Source: Promethearchaeota archaeon (lineage in GTDB: Archaea > Asgardarchaeota > Lokiarchaeia > Sigyniarchaeales > SOKP01). Taken from it: a stretch of 64,000 bases of DNA. Made by a program: the position numbers and the translations under genes. Numbering within the stretch: the stretch's first letter is position 1; every line of letters starts with the position of its first letter. Below, in pieces: positions 49,513 to 60,445 of this stretch. The notes below the pieces were generated by a model, which was not told the DNA's origin, did not search any database, and was given only the letters and a program-made list of their open reading frames with translations. The stretch spans positions 10,907 to 74,906 of the forward strand of contig JBHLOC010000025.1 of the NCBI GenBank assembly GCA_048940925.1, written 5' to 3'.

Positions 49513-50565
49513 TTATCTTAAAAGCCCATAAGCATTTCTCAAACGTTTTTCTGCATCATTAACTATTTCATCAACAATTTTTTTGACGTTTTCCACGCTA
49601 TGAATAATTCCAATACTCTGTCCTAAAAGAACTGCTCCTGAATAAACATCCCCTGTATAAGCAGCTTCGTACGCCTTCATTTCTTCAACTAATTCTTGTT
49701 GTGACATAGCTGATTCTTGAGCTATTTTCGCTTCCTTATCAGCTACTAACCCATGATGCAATGAATATTCATTTTTCCATAAGCGTATTGGTCCTAGTGA
49801 TCCTGTTACCAATATAGTATCTTGAGCTTTCGCTGGAGGAACAACTTTTTTATATTCTTCACTAAATTCACTATCATTTGATGCTATAAATCGTGAACCC
49901 ATTGCAATAGCTCCTGCTCCCATTGCTAAAGCAGCAGCTAGTCCTTCACCCGTAGCAAATCCTCCACATGCTACTATGGGAAAATCTGGATATTTTTGAA
50001 GAACTTGTTGCAATAAGACTAAGGTACTCACTTTTTCATATGATTGATGACCTCCACCTTCACCACCGGTGACAACCATTCCATCTACTCCTGAAGCAAC
50101 ACACTTTTCAGCAAGCCATAATGCAGGGGCAACATGAAAGTGCTTAATTTGTGATCCATTTTCTTTCAATTTTTGATACGCTTTTGATTGTGGTAGCGTT
50201 TTTGAAGAACCTGCACTAGTGATAGCATAAACACATTGGTCTTTTAACCTTTGATTTTCCATAATGAATCTTGGAATTTCTGTAACTAATTGTTGGGCAG
50301 CTAATTCCCTACGCGAAGTTCTTACGTTAAATCCAAAAGGCTTATCTGTGTGCTCAACTACCTCTAACATATTTTCTTTCATAATCTCAATGGGATTTCT
50401 TCCTTTTTGATAGTCACTTAACAAAGCACTATGACTTAAGACCCCAAGTCCACCTGCTTCTGAAACTGCAATTGTCAACTCAGTTGTGTAGAAAGGGCCC
50501 ATTGGAGCAGCGATTATGGGATGTTTAATCCCTAACATTTTTGTTACGTTTGTTTCTAATACCAT
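49513..50565 (-). CDS. Nitronate monooxygenase / FabK-like FMN oxidoreductase
   Basis: HPIIAAPM, AGGLG, GGEGGGH, ACGGF and MGSRF. Probable start is MVLETN at 50565. Confidence 0.85.
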   Translation of the reverse strand: MVLETNVTKMLGIKHPIIAAPMGPFYTTELTIAVSEAGGLGVLSHSALLSDYQKGRNPIEIMKENMLEVVEHTDKPFGFNVRTSRRELAAQQLVTEIPRFIMENQRLKDQCVYAITSAGSSKTLPQSKAYQKLKENGSQIKHFHVAPALWLAEKCVASGVDGMVVTGGEGGGHQSYEKVSTLVLLQQVLQKYPDFPIVACGGFATGEGLAAALAMGAGAIAMGSRFIASNDSEFSEEYKKVVPPAKAQDTILVTGSLGPIRLWKNEYSLHHGLVADKEAKIAQESAMSQQELVEEMKAYEAAYTGDVYSGAVLLGQSIGIIHSVENVKKIVDEIVNDAEKRLRNAYGLLR

Positions 50566-50776
50566 TTTTTTCACAATCTTACAATTCTGAATTAAATTAT
50601 TATATAATTTAGACAAAGAAATTATTTGTAATGTAAATATTTTTCTCCCATATTAGAAACACCTTTTACAAATCGAAAATTTTTATTTGTTGTTATCAAG
50701 AATTATTATTATAGTTTTCAAGCTAGTTTTAAACAAATAGAAGCTTTAATTTAATTTCTAAGTCAAGTTGAGTTTA

Positions 50777-51805
50777 ATGGAAAAAAATATTGAAGATTTA
50801 ACTATTGTAATTTATGGGGTTGGTGGAATTGGCGCTACTCTTGGAGGATGGCTATCGGAAAAGCGTGAAAACGTGTACTTATTAGCAAGAGGAGATAATG
50901 CAAAAGCGCTTAAATCTAATGGATTGATTCTTTATGAAAAAGAAAACAATAATCCAGCACCGATACCAGTCAAGATCATCGAAGACTTAAATGAACTTAC
51001 CAATATTGATGTTATAGTAATCACTGTTAAAAATTATGATTTAGAGGAAGTTGCAAAAGATATTTCCAAGAAATTAGGAGACAAACCAATTGTTGTAGGA
51101 TTACAAAATGGGTTTGAGAATCAGTATGTTTTACCAAAATATTTTACTAAGATTGTTTATGGTGTTGTAGTTCAGTCCGGTTGGCGAGATAAACCCGGAA
51201 TTTTTGGAACAAGGGGGAAAGGACACTTAACCCTAGGAACTCCTAACAATGAGAATCAGGAAATTGTTGAAAAAATTGTTGAACTCTTAAATATTGGAAT
51301 CCCAACAAAGATAACAAAAGAATTTCAGGATGCAGCTTATTCAAAATTGATAATAAACCTTACAAATGCAACTTTTACTCTAATAAGTTCAGAACTTAAA
51401 GATAATGATGCGATTTTTAAGTTATGGAAAATAATGATGAATGTATACTTTGAGGGTATGAAAGTTGTAAAAGCAGCTGGATATAAAGAGTTTGAATTGA
51501 AGGGGTTACTTTCTTGGAAAATAATGGAACTTGGGAAAGATTTTGATAAAAAAACAGCAGTTAACAGTTTTAAAGGAAGTGCTAAATATGCATGGTTAAA
51601 TAGTATGGCTCAAGACATGATAAGGCGACAGAAAAGTCAATCTGAGCTTGAATCTCTAAATGGGTATCTTTTAAAATTAGCAGATTCACTGGATATTGAA
51701 ACCCCTTACAATAGAATGATTTATAGGCTTTGTAAGGAGCAATTTAAAAAGATACCTTATAAGCCATTACCTGTTGATGTTGTTTGGGAAAAAATGGAGA
51801 ATTAA
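50777..51805 (+). CDS. panE: Ketopantoate reductase family protein
   Basis: GVGGIG, TVKNYD, LQNG, KLIIN and SMAQD..SELESLNG. Confidence 0.8.
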   Translation: MEKNIEDLTIVIYGVGGIGATLGGWLSEKRENVYLLARGDNAKALKSNGLILYEKENNNPAPIPVKIIEDLNELTNIDVIVITVKNYDLEEVAKDISKKLGDKPIVVGLQNGFENQYVLPKYFTKIVYGVVVQSGWRDKPGIFGTRGKGHLTLGTPNNENQEIVEKIVELLNIGIPTKITKEFQDAAYSKLIINLTNATFTLISSELKDNDAIFKLWKIMMNVYFEGMKVVKAAGYKEFELKGLLSWKIMELGKDFDKKTAVNSFKGSAKYAWLNSMAQDMIRRQKSQSELESLNGYLLKLADSLDIETPYNRMIYRLCKEQFKKIPYKPLPVDVVWEKMEN

Positions 51806-51974
51806 TTCTATATTATTTTTAAAGAGATCACTTATGAAAGAATTATTTTTTACCTATAAAGGTGGTAAAATACATCCAAAACTTAAATGGAAAAATATTT
51901 TACCCCAAAGTGGTAATTACATATTTGGTTATTATGATAGGAATATTTCTTTTAAATAAAAAAATGAAAATGTA

Positions 51975-53102
51975 ATGAAAAAAATTAGATATAAAGATTA
52001 TTATAATAAAGTTTTTGGAGCATGGTTAGGAAGAGTTGTGGGAGATTTTATTGGAGCTCCCGTAGAATTAAGCTCACATGATAAGATAAAAGAAAAGTAT
52101 GGAGAAATTACAGATTATATTGAACCTATAGATTTAACTCAGGTAAATGATGATGAAATGTATGAAATCATTGCTTTAATAGCTTTAGAAAAATATGGTA
52201 TTGAAGTTAAAGCAGAACAAATTGCCTTAGAATGGGTTAATCTCCTCAATAGAGAAGATATGGTGTTTACTGCTGAAAAAATTGCATTAAATAATCTCAA
52301 AGCTCAAATTAAACCTCCTCAATCAGGTACTTTAAATAATGTCTATTTTGACTTTATAGGTGCCCAAATGAGAGCGGATATTTGGGGTTTGATAACACCT
52401 GGTTGTCCTGATCTTGCAAAACATTATGCTGAACTCGATGGATCAATCTCTCATGCAGGGATAGGAATAGAAGGAGAAATCTTTATTGCTGTTCTAATTT
52501 CTCAAGCTTTCTTTGAAGAAAACATTAGGCAGAATATTAATAAAGCTCTTCAATATATTTCCCCTGAACAGGATAGTTTATATACTCAAATGGTCAAAAA
52601 ATCACTTGAGATCTATGAGACCTATCCTAATGATTTCAGAACAGCAAGGAATATTTTAATAAGAGAATATTGGTTGACAGAAGTATTAGAAGAGGTAATT
52701 AATAGTTCTACTATTCTACCTATCGAAAGAAGGATTTTACTGAACACTCGTATTGGAAGTGTTCATGTATTACCTAATATTGGGATTATTATATTATCAC
52801 TTTTATATGGCGTTCAAGATCAGAATGATCCTTTTGGGAGATCGATATGTGTAGCGGCCATGATGGGTTATGATACTGATTGTAATTGTGGAAATATTGG
52901 TGCAATTATGGGTGTTCAGCTAGGTGCTGATAAGATCCCTGCAAAATGGAAAGATCCATTGCAAGATACTTTCACTACATACGTAGAAGGATATGAAAAA
53001 TGGAAAATCTCTGAATTAGCTCAAAGAATAGTAAATGTAGGAGAAAAAGTTATTCATAATAAAGCAATAGAGAGAATTAGTATTAATAAAAAAGATAATT
53101 AA
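51975..53102 (+). CDS. ADP-ribosylglycohydrolase family protein
   Basis: GDFIGAPVE, NDDE, IGAQMRAD, SH and DTDCN. Confidence 0.88.
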   Translation: MKKIRYKDYYNKVFGAWLGRVVGDFIGAPVELSSHDKIKEKYGEITDYIEPIDLTQVNDDEMYEIIALIALEKYGIEVKAEQIALEWVNLLNREDMVFTAEKIALNNLKAQIKPPQSGTLNNVYFDFIGAQMRADIWGLITPGCPDLAKHYAELDGSISHAGIGIEGEIFIAVLISQAFFEENIRQNINKALQYISPEQDSLYTQMVKKSLEIYETYPNDFRTARNILIREYWLTEVLEEVINSSTILPIERRILLNTRIGSVHVLPNIGIIILSLLYGVQDQNDPFGRSICVAAMMGYDTDCNCGNIGAIMGVQLGADKIPAKWKDPLQDTFTTYVEGYEKWKISELAQRIVNVGEKVIHNKAIERISINKKDN

Positions 53103-53298
53103 CTCCTAGTTTATTTGTATTATCTTTTAATTAAGAAATAAATGTAAAATTTGTAGGTATAGATAGTATTTTAACAATTTTAGCCTTTAAAATGGTTATT
53201 ACAAAGTTTAAAGTTTTTATACAGAAACAGTATAAAGTTTATTATATTACTTAAATTTTGAATTGATAATTTTAATAATAGTACCTGTATGAATAAAA

Positions 53299-54453
53299 AT
53301 GATACATACTAAATTCCAAGAAATTATCGGGACTAAATATCCCATTATACAGGCAGGTATGGGACCTTACGCAACAACTAAATTATGCACCGCAGTAGCC
53401 AAAGAAGGTGGACTAGGTTTAATCTCAACCATAGGTATGGCAGGATATGACGTGAATTTTATTCCAGAAGAAGACCGTAAGTTTGAATTCGGAGTGGGGG
53501 GGAGTCCCAAAAATATTCTCAAGCAAACAATACGGTATGTTTATGAAAACCTTAAAAATCATCCCGAAGCTGTATTTGGCATCAATGTTCCATATGCTAA
53601 GGAGTTTATTGCACCATCAAAGCAATTTCTGACAGCTGTAGTGGAGCTTTTTGAAGAAATACCAAAATTAAAGAGTCAATTGAAAGTCCTTGTAACGTCA
53701 GCTGGTGATCCGCTTCCTTGGGCTATTGATGCGAAGGAAAAGGGATCTAAAAGATCATATTTTGAAATTAAGAAAGAAATTCCTTCAATAATTTGGTGTC
53801 AAGTATGCCCAAATGTTCGAGGAGCAAAGAGAGCTGAAAGAGCTGGTGTAGACATAGTTATTGCTTCAGGTAGGGAAGGAGGTGCTCATTGTGCATGGAG
53901 AGATACATCTTCAATAGTTCTTCTTCCAGAAGTAGTTAGAGCTGTCAATTTACCTGTAGTTGGTGCTGGAGGATTCTCGGATGGAGCTTCATTAGCTGCA
54001 GCACTCACTTTGGGGGCTATAGGTATTCAAATGGGTACCCGATTCATTGCAACTCAAGAATCTGATTTTGAACAAATGTGGAAAGAACAACTAGTAAAAG
54101 CTACGGAATTTGACACAATTATTGCCAGAGGAATGTTTGGTCCCATGCGATTTTTAATTAATCCAGCCTCTCTGGATGTTGTTAATGAAACGATTAGGGG
54201 AGCTTCAGACCTATATCGTGGGAAACCTTGTCCTACAACAGAAGAAATATTTAACTTAGAAATGCAAGGCTTTAAAAAACTCGTTGAAGAGGATGAAAAT
54301 GGAAGTCTTATGAATGCGGGTGTTGTTACTGGTAGAATTCACTCGATTCCAACTGTTCATGAGCTAATTCAAAATATAATGACTGAAGCAGAAGAAATTA
54401 TATTAAACTTACCTAAAAAAGTTATAAAAGAAGAATCTGTAATTTTGGAGTGA
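53299..54453 (+). CDS. Nitronate monooxygenase / FabK-like FMN oxidoreductase
   Basis: YPIIQAGM, GGLG, GREGGAH, GAGGF and MGTRF. Confidence 0.85.
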   Translation: MIHTKFQEIIGTKYPIIQAGMGPYATTKLCTAVAKEGGLGLISTIGMAGYDVNFIPEEDRKFEFGVGGSPKNILKQTIRYVYENLKNHPEAVFGINVPYAKEFIAPSKQFLTAVVELFEEIPKLKSQLKVLVTSAGDPLPWAIDAKEKGSKRSYFEIKKEIPSIIWCQVCPNVRGAKRAERAGVDIVIASGREGGAHCAWRDTSSIVLLPEVVRAVNLPVVGAGGFSDGASLAAALTLGAIGIQMGTRFIATQESDFEQMWKEQLVKATEFDTIIARGMFGPMRFLINPASLDVVNETIRGASDLYRGKPCPTTEEIFNLEMQGFKKLVEEDENGSLMNAGVVTGRIHSIPTVHELIQNIMTEAEEIILNLPKKVIKEESVILE

Positions 54454-54459
54454 TTAAAA

Positions 54460-55773
54460 ATGAAAGAATTAAAAGAATGTGTGGTTATTGATGCTGTTCG
54501 AACTCCAGTAGGAAAATCAAGTAGAGCTCAAATGAGGAAGCTTGGAGGCGCATTTAGAGAATATTCTGCTCAGGATTTATTGGTTGATGTTATAAAGTCT
54601 ATTGTTGATCGAACAAAAGAAAAATGTCCAGATTTTGATCCTAAAGAAATTGAAGATTGCCATGTGGGTTGCTTATCGCAACTGGGGGAACAAGGAGGTA
54701 ATATCGCAAGAATCGCACTTTTATTAGCGGGATTACCTTACGAAATAGCAGGAGCAACTGTGAATCGATACTGTAATGCAGGACTTCAAGCAATTAATAC
54801 AGTAGCTAATGCCATAAAAGTAGGTGATGGTGATATTTGTATAGCAGCGGGTGTGGAGTCGATGACCCATTATGCCATGGGTTCAGATATGCAAATACCT
54901 GGAATGATCCCCAACTATCCCGTATTTATGTCTCCAGGATGGGCTAATGAACCTTTACGAAGTATTGTGCCTCAAGGGGTTTCTTCAGAGATGATTAGCG
55001 ATAAATATGGTTTTACACGAGAAGAGTTGGATAAATTTGGTGTGTGGAGTCATCAAAAAGCTACTAAAGCAATACGTAATGAAGAAGAGTATTTCAAACG
55101 TGTGATACCAGTTACTTATGAGAAAAGGTATACCGATGAAAATATGAAACCATTAATAAACGAATCCACTGGAAAGCAAAAAGTTGAGGAGGTTACAATT
55201 ACAAAAGATCAAACTGTACGAGAGATATATCTTGATGATCCAGAAAAAGGTTGGGAAATGATAAGTAATCTGAAACCAGTATTCAGACCTGCTGAAAAAG
55301 GAGGTAAAACTACTGCTGGAAATTCATCGCAGATCGTTGATGGAGCTGCAGCAACCTTGTTAATGTCTCGAGAGAAAGCAGATGAGCTTGGATTAAAACC
55401 AATGGTGAGAATACTTTCTTCTGCTGTTGCGGGAGGAGAACCCATTATCATGTTGTTAGCACCAATCCCTGCTATGAGAAAAGCATTAGAACGTGCTGAT
55501 CTCACAATTGATGATATGGATGTAATAGAACCTAATGAAGCATTCGCAAGCCCATGTTTAGCATTTGCAAAAGATTTTGGATATGAATTTGATGATCCCA
55601 GAGTCAATCCTACAGGAGGTGCAATCGCGATAGGTCATCCTATCGGGGCAAGTGGAGTAATCTATTTTACTGAAATGGTTAATTACATGAAAAATTACAA
55701 TAAAAAGTACGGTGTGCAATTAATGTGTGGTGGTTTTGGCGTAGGAATCTCCACAGTAGTCGAAGCTCTTTAA
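54460..55773 (+). CDS. Thiolase (acetyl-CoA C-acyltransferase)
   Basis: NRYCNAG, GVESM, NEAFA, GHPIGASG and MCGGFG. Confidence 0.94.
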   Translation: MKELKECVVIDAVRTPVGKSSRAQMRKLGGAFREYSAQDLLVDVIKSIVDRTKEKCPDFDPKEIEDCHVGCLSQLGEQGGNIARIALLLAGLPYEIAGATVNRYCNAGLQAINTVANAIKVGDGDICIAAGVESMTHYAMGSDMQIPGMIPNYPVFMSPGWANEPLRSIVPQGVSSEMISDKYGFTREELDKFGVWSHQKATKAIRNEEEYFKRVIPVTYEKRYTDENMKPLINESTGKQKVEEVTITKDQTVREIYLDDPEKGWEMISNLKPVFRPAEKGGKTTAGNSSQIVDGAAATLLMSREKADELGLKPMVRILSSAVAGGEPIIMLLAPIPAMRKALERADLTIDDMDVIEPNEAFASPCLAFAKDFGYEFDDPRVNPTGGAIAIGHPIGASGVIYFTEMVNYMKNYNKKYGVQLMCGGFGVGISTVVEAL

Positions 55774-55970
55774 ATTACTTATTAATTCTCAACCAATAAT
55801 ATTTCTTTTTTTTTTCAATATAATTTCAGAATTTTTTGCTAAAGCTTGTTTTACTGCTTTGAATCTTACATCATAAAAACTATGAATTTCTAGTTCTTAA
55901 TCAATCACTTAAGATTCTTCTTAAAATTTTATAAAATTAACAATATATAAAAAAAAAAGATTGATTTTGC

Positions 55971-57977
55971 TTATTTCTTTTTTGGCTTAAATATAATTGA
56001 TGGTTTTGCAGTGGAGGAATATAAAAATCCTGAGGATTCTCGTATATCTCCATACTTTGATTTTAATTCCTCCAAAGTTCCAGAATCGAGAGCACGGGCA
56101 TAACATGCCTCCACACAAATGGGTTGTTTGCCAATATCAAACCGATCTACACAATAATTACACTTTTGCATTTTAGTAATTTCTCCATCTGCAAACTGAG
56201 GTGCTGAATAAGGGCATACATCTTTACATAAATGTCCTGCACAATTAAGACATCTCTCAGCTTCATTGATTGCAGCTTCTTCATTAAACCCTAAGCTTAC
56301 TTCATTAAAATTTGAGACTCTTTCAGATGGAGACAGAAGTGGCATAGTTTGACGCTCTTTTTTCTCAATTTCTGGAGGAATATCTACTTTTATTTTAGAT
56401 GCTTCAATTATTGAGCTCTGTCTAACTCGAAGTACATCACATTGAAGAAAGCGATGGATATGAGAAGCAGCTTTTTGACCACTTGCTATAGCATCAATAA
56501 TACTAGCTACTCCACTAAAACAATCTCCAGCCACAAATACACCTTTGTTGTCGACCATTAATGTTTCCGGATCTGCTGTTATAGTTCCCATTTTCCCAAT
56601 CTTTATTTCACTTGAGCTACTAATATCAGGTATCTGACCAATTGCAAAAATAACGGTATCTGCTTCTAGTGTAAGTTCCTTATCACTAACCACATCAAAG
56701 TGTGCTTCTCCATCTTCATCAAATGTGCATCCTGAGATTTCAAGACATCCCACTCCGCAAACTTTCCCATTATTACTAATAATCTTTGTGAAAGTACGCG
56801 AATCATATATCTGAATTCCCTCCTCACGAGCTTGTTCAACCTCTGAGGCTTCCGCGGGCATATCATCACAACATTCAAGACAAGTTACTCCTACTTCAGA
56901 GGCACCAAGACGACGGGCAGTACGAGCGCAATCCATAGCAACATTACCTCCCCCAATTACAAGAACTTTATCACCGAGTTTAATTTCTTTACCTAGATTG
57001 ACATCTCGCATGAATGAAGTCCCTACTAGTGTTCCTTCTAAATCAGCACCAGGAATTTCAAGTTTCTTTCCTTTATGAGCCCCTATCGCTACTAGCACAG
57101 CACCATAACCTTGTTTGAAAAGGTCATCTAATCCTTGGTTTAGATCAATTGGAGTATTTATTTTGATTTCAACTCCAAGTCCTTTAATGTAATCAATATC
57201 CCTGTTGAGAATATCACGTGGTAAGCGATGTTCTGGGATACCTACTGATAACATACCACCAACTTTAGATAATGTTTCAAAGATAGTAACTTCATACCCT
57301 AATCTTATTAAATCGTAAGCAGCCGCTAAACCAGCAGGGCCAGAGCCAATAATAGCTACTTTTTCTGATTGTGTTTGCGGAAGGCGTTTTGGAATTTCCA
57401 CATGTACATTATCAGCAACAAAACCTTTAAGTGCCTCAATAGCAATCGCTTGATCTACATCTTTTCGAGCACATACTTCTTCGCAAGGGTGAAGGCAAAC
57501 TCGACCACATACAGAAGGTAATGGCATCCTTCGTCTGATTAAATCCAAAGATTCCTTAAATTTACCTTTAGCTATCAATGCAATATATGCAGGAATATGA
57601 AGATGAACTGGGCATGCTACTTGACATGGTGCTTGAGATTCTCCATATGAGTAATCAAAGCCTATAGCTTCTTTTGATATTATACCACAAACATGTTCTT
57701 CACGACATTTATCTTTATCAACAATAACAATCCCATCTTCCTCTCGCTTACTAATTGCTTCATTAGGACAAATATAGGAACATACTGGTTCTTCACAATG
57801 ATAACAGTTTGCAATGAGATAACTCGCAAAAACATTCGGAAATGGACCTTCTTCTTGATATTGAATCCTCATCCATGAAGCTAGACCTGCCGGTTGATCA
57901 TGCCAGTCTTTACAAGCTATTCTACAGGCATTACAACCTGTACACCTTGTTTGATCAAAATAAAATCCTACTTGCAT
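55971..57977 (-). CDS. DmsB-type Fe-S protein interrupted by a GltD/NfnB-like NAD(P)/FAD oxidoreductase module
   Basis: N-term FYFDQTRCTGCNAC..ACKD and CYHC..PVC..CP. Middle PCQVACP, CGRVC, GSGPAG, GGGNVAMD, EAERCLNC. C-term CPYSAPQ..KCNYCVDR..PICVEAC..RAL. Confidence 0.85.
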   Translation of the reverse strand: MQVGFYFDQTRCTGCNACRIACKDWHDQPAGLASWMRIQYQEEGPFPNVFASYLIANCYHCEEPVCSYICPNEAISKREEDGIVIVDKDKCREEHVCGIISKEAIGFDYSYGESQAPCQVACPVHLHIPAYIALIAKGKFKESLDLIRRRMPLPSVCGRVCLHPCEEVCARKDVDQAIAIEALKGFVADNVHVEIPKRLPQTQSEKVAIIGSGPAGLAAAYDLIRLGYEVTIFETLSKVGGMLSVGIPEHRLPRDILNRDIDYIKGLGVEIKINTPIDLNQGLDDLFKQGYGAVLVAIGAHKGKKLEIPGADLEGTLVGTSFMRDVNLGKEIKLGDKVLVIGGGNVAMDCARTARRLGASEVGVTCLECCDDMPAEASEVEQAREEGIQIYDSRTFTKIISNNGKVCGVGCLEISGCTFDEDGEAHFDVVSDKELTLEADTVIFAIGQIPDISSSSEIKIGKMGTITADPETLMVDNKGVFVAGDCFSGVASIIDAIASGQKAASHIHRFLQCDVLRVRQSSIIEASKIKVDIPPEIEKKERQTMPLLSPSERVSNFNEVSLGFNEEAAINEAERCLNCAGHLCKDVCPYSAPQFADGEITKMQKCNYCVDRFDIGKQPICVEACYARALDSGTLEELKSKYGDIRESSGFLYSSTAKPSIIFKPKKK

Positions 57978-57979
57978 AT

Positions 57980-60307
57980 CTAGTCACCCTCCTTTTCCAA
58001 TTTAACTTGAACTAAGCAAGTTTTCAACGCTGCAGCACCTCCCTCAGCCATAGCATCCTTAGTTAAGGTATTTGCACAACCTCCCCTATCAATTCCATTC
58101 TCATCAGGATTATACCAAGCACCCTCATAAATGCAAACTACTCCAGGTATAATTCTTTTTGTTACAAAAGCCTCAATCGCTACAGTTCCTCTATCATTAA
58201 AGACTAAACACATATCACCATTTCTAACACTGCGAGGTTCAGCGTCAATAGGATTTATCCACATTCGGTGTGGAATTGCTTCCATAAGCCATTCAATCTT
58301 ATATAGTTCTGAATGGACTCTCTGCCTTGGATGAGGCGAAATTAATTGAAGTGGATATTTTTCTGCTAACGGATCATCACGATTCTCCCATGTTGGTACA
58401 TATTTCGCAATAGGAGGACAAAGAGGATTATTCCAACTAGCAATTTGATCAGAATAGATTTCAATCTTCCCCGAAGGTGTTGGGAAAGGATTGTTTTCAA
58501 AATCATCTATATTCTTCTTGAATGCAATATAAGGTTCTTCAAGTTCAATTCTATGGATCCCTTCTCTTTTATACTTATCATAATCTTTTATGTTTGTTCG
58601 TAGATCTTGTGCCATAATAGTGAATAAACGAAGCCATTTATCATTAATTTCATCATATTTATCTATAAGTCCTTTCGCGGGAGCAAGTTGGGGATTTTTT
58701 AAAAATTGTTCAAGAACTTCCTCTCTCTTAAAGTTCTTAATCCCTAATCTTTCAGCTAATTCCTCTGCTATTTGTATATCATCCTTACATTCACCTATAG
58801 GCTCGATTGCTTTATTCATGTGACCAAAGTAAGGTCCTGAAGGCCAAGGTCTTGTAAGATCGCTCCTTGTCGGAAAACCAGTTACTGGAAGGACGATATC
58901 AGCATATTGAGCAGTGGGTGTTAACCATAGTTCTGGTACTACTGTAAACAAATCCTCTCGGCTCATAGCTTTTGCTGATTTATTTACATTTCCTGTCTGA
59001 TTTAGGAAATCGCATACGCAGAACCAGGCAAATTTTATATCTGCAGGATACCCTCCAGATTTTCCTTTAAGAATTGCATCAAAAATCTTATTTACATGCA
59101 TTCTGGTATCTAAACGATCTCTAGGATTAATATTTCCCCTTAGAGACTTACCTTTAGGATATGCTTTATTTGCACCAGCAGGAATCCTAATTCCTCTAAA
59201 CATATGACCATATGGAATTCCATGTAGTCCACCACAGGCACTGCCCCCATGTTTTCCAATATTTCCCGTCATTGCAGAGAGAGTTATAGCACCTCGAGTG
59301 TATTGTCCGCCCATAGCTGAACGAGCAGGACCTTGGCAATCTTCTAGAGCAGCAGGTTTGGTTGTAGCATATTCTTTAGCTAAATCCTCTATAACAGAAG
59401 CTTTCACTCCGCAAATTTTTTCAGCCCACTCTGGTGTCTTTGGGATTCCATCCTCCTCTCCCATTACATATGCTTTATATTTATCAAACCTATGAGTATA
59501 TTTATCGAGAAATTCTTGATCCTGCAAATTTTCTCTAATGATTACATGTGCCATTGCCGCCATCATAGCTGTATCTGTTCCAGGAATTATTGGGATCCAT
59601 TGATCAGCGGCTACTAAAGCAGTATCCGAATAACGTGGGTCAATAACAATAACTTTTGCACCATTTTCCTTGGCTTTAATTAACCACCACAATGTATTTG
59701 TTCCTGAAATCTGACGGGCAGGATCCCAACCCCAACATATAATTAATTTTGTATTCATCCAATCCTCCCGACTGTTGCCAACAAAGATCTGACCGAAACC
59801 ATATGATGCTTGAGTTCCAAAAATTGCTCCTTGGGAAGAAATATTACCATAAGATGTGGTATATCCTCCTAGAGCATTCAATAATCTTGCATAGGCCGCC
59901 CCAGCACTCTGTAATGCTCCAAGATAACCTCCTCCAGTAATAAATAATATACTTTGATTTCCATATTTCTCTATTGTTTCTTTTAATTTTTCTGCGATAT
60001 TATCATAAGCTTCATCCCAAGAAATCCTTTCAAATTTTCCCGAACCCTTAGGACCAGCTCTTTTTAATGGGTATCTTAATCTCTCTGGATGATAAATATA
60101 TTGTCTAATTGACCTACACCTTAAACAAGTTCTCAATTGTTTGTCAGGATCTGGAAAATCGTCACCCTCTACTCTAATAACTTTTCCATTTTTAACATGG
60201 AACCTTAAGGGACACCGACCTCCACAATCAAAAGCAGAAGTAGTCCTTACGATTTTGACTCCTTCATCATCAATTTTTTCTTCTTGACTAACCATATTAT
60301 CTACCAT
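57980..60307 (-). CDS. DMSO-reductase-family molybdopterin oxidoreductase catalytic subunit (DmsA-like), no Tat signal
   Basis: DCGGRC..C, RLRYPLKR, ISWDEA, PGTD, ADIVLP, TPSGKIE and a C-terminal MGD-binding domain. Confidence 0.9.
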   Translation of the reverse strand: MVDNMVSQEEKIDDEGVKIVRTTSAFDCGGRCPLRFHVKNGKVIRVEGDDFPDPDKQLRTCLRCRSIRQYIYHPERLRYPLKRAGPKGSGKFERISWDEAYDNIAEKLKETIEKYGNQSILFITGGGYLGALQSAGAAYARLLNALGGYTTSYGNISSQGAIFGTQASYGFGQIFVGNSREDWMNTKLIICWGWDPARQISGTNTLWWLIKAKENGAKVIVIDPRYSDTALVAADQWIPIIPGTDTAMMAAMAHVIIRENLQDQEFLDKYTHRFDKYKAYVMGEEDGIPKTPEWAEKICGVKASVIEDLAKEYATTKPAALEDCQGPARSAMGGQYTRGAITLSAMTGNIGKHGGSACGGLHGIPYGHMFRGIRIPAGANKAYPKGKSLRGNINPRDRLDTRMHVNKIFDAILKGKSGGYPADIKFAWFCVCDFLNQTGNVNKSAKAMSREDLFTVVPELWLTPTAQYADIVLPVTGFPTRSDLTRPWPSGPYFGHMNKAIEPIGECKDDIQIAEELAERLGIKNFKREEVLEQFLKNPQLAPAKGLIDKYDEINDKWLRLFTIMAQDLRTNIKDYDKYKREGIHRIELEEPYIAFKKNIDDFENNPFPTPSGKIEIYSDQIASWNNPLCPPIAKYVPTWENRDDPLAEKYPLQLISPHPRQRVHSELYKIEWLMEAIPHRMWINPIDAEPRSVRNGDMCLVFNDRGTVAIEAFVTKRIIPGVVCIYEGAWYNPDENGIDRGGCANTLTKDAMAEGGAAALKTCLVQVKLEKEGD

Positions 60308-60445
60308 TAGATTATTGATTATTTTATATTTTTTCAGAAAATATTTTGTTGTTTGTAAATTTATAGTTTTATTATAGATATTCTAGAATCCTTCAGTTAA
60401 TAATTTTAAAAAAATTAATTTAACTTAGATCCAAAAAAAAAAGAT

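Noticed and set aside
51774-51959. 61-aa ORF between panE and the ADP-ribosylglycohydrolase
   Set aside because: It overlaps the panE end and has no motif, so evidence is insufficient.
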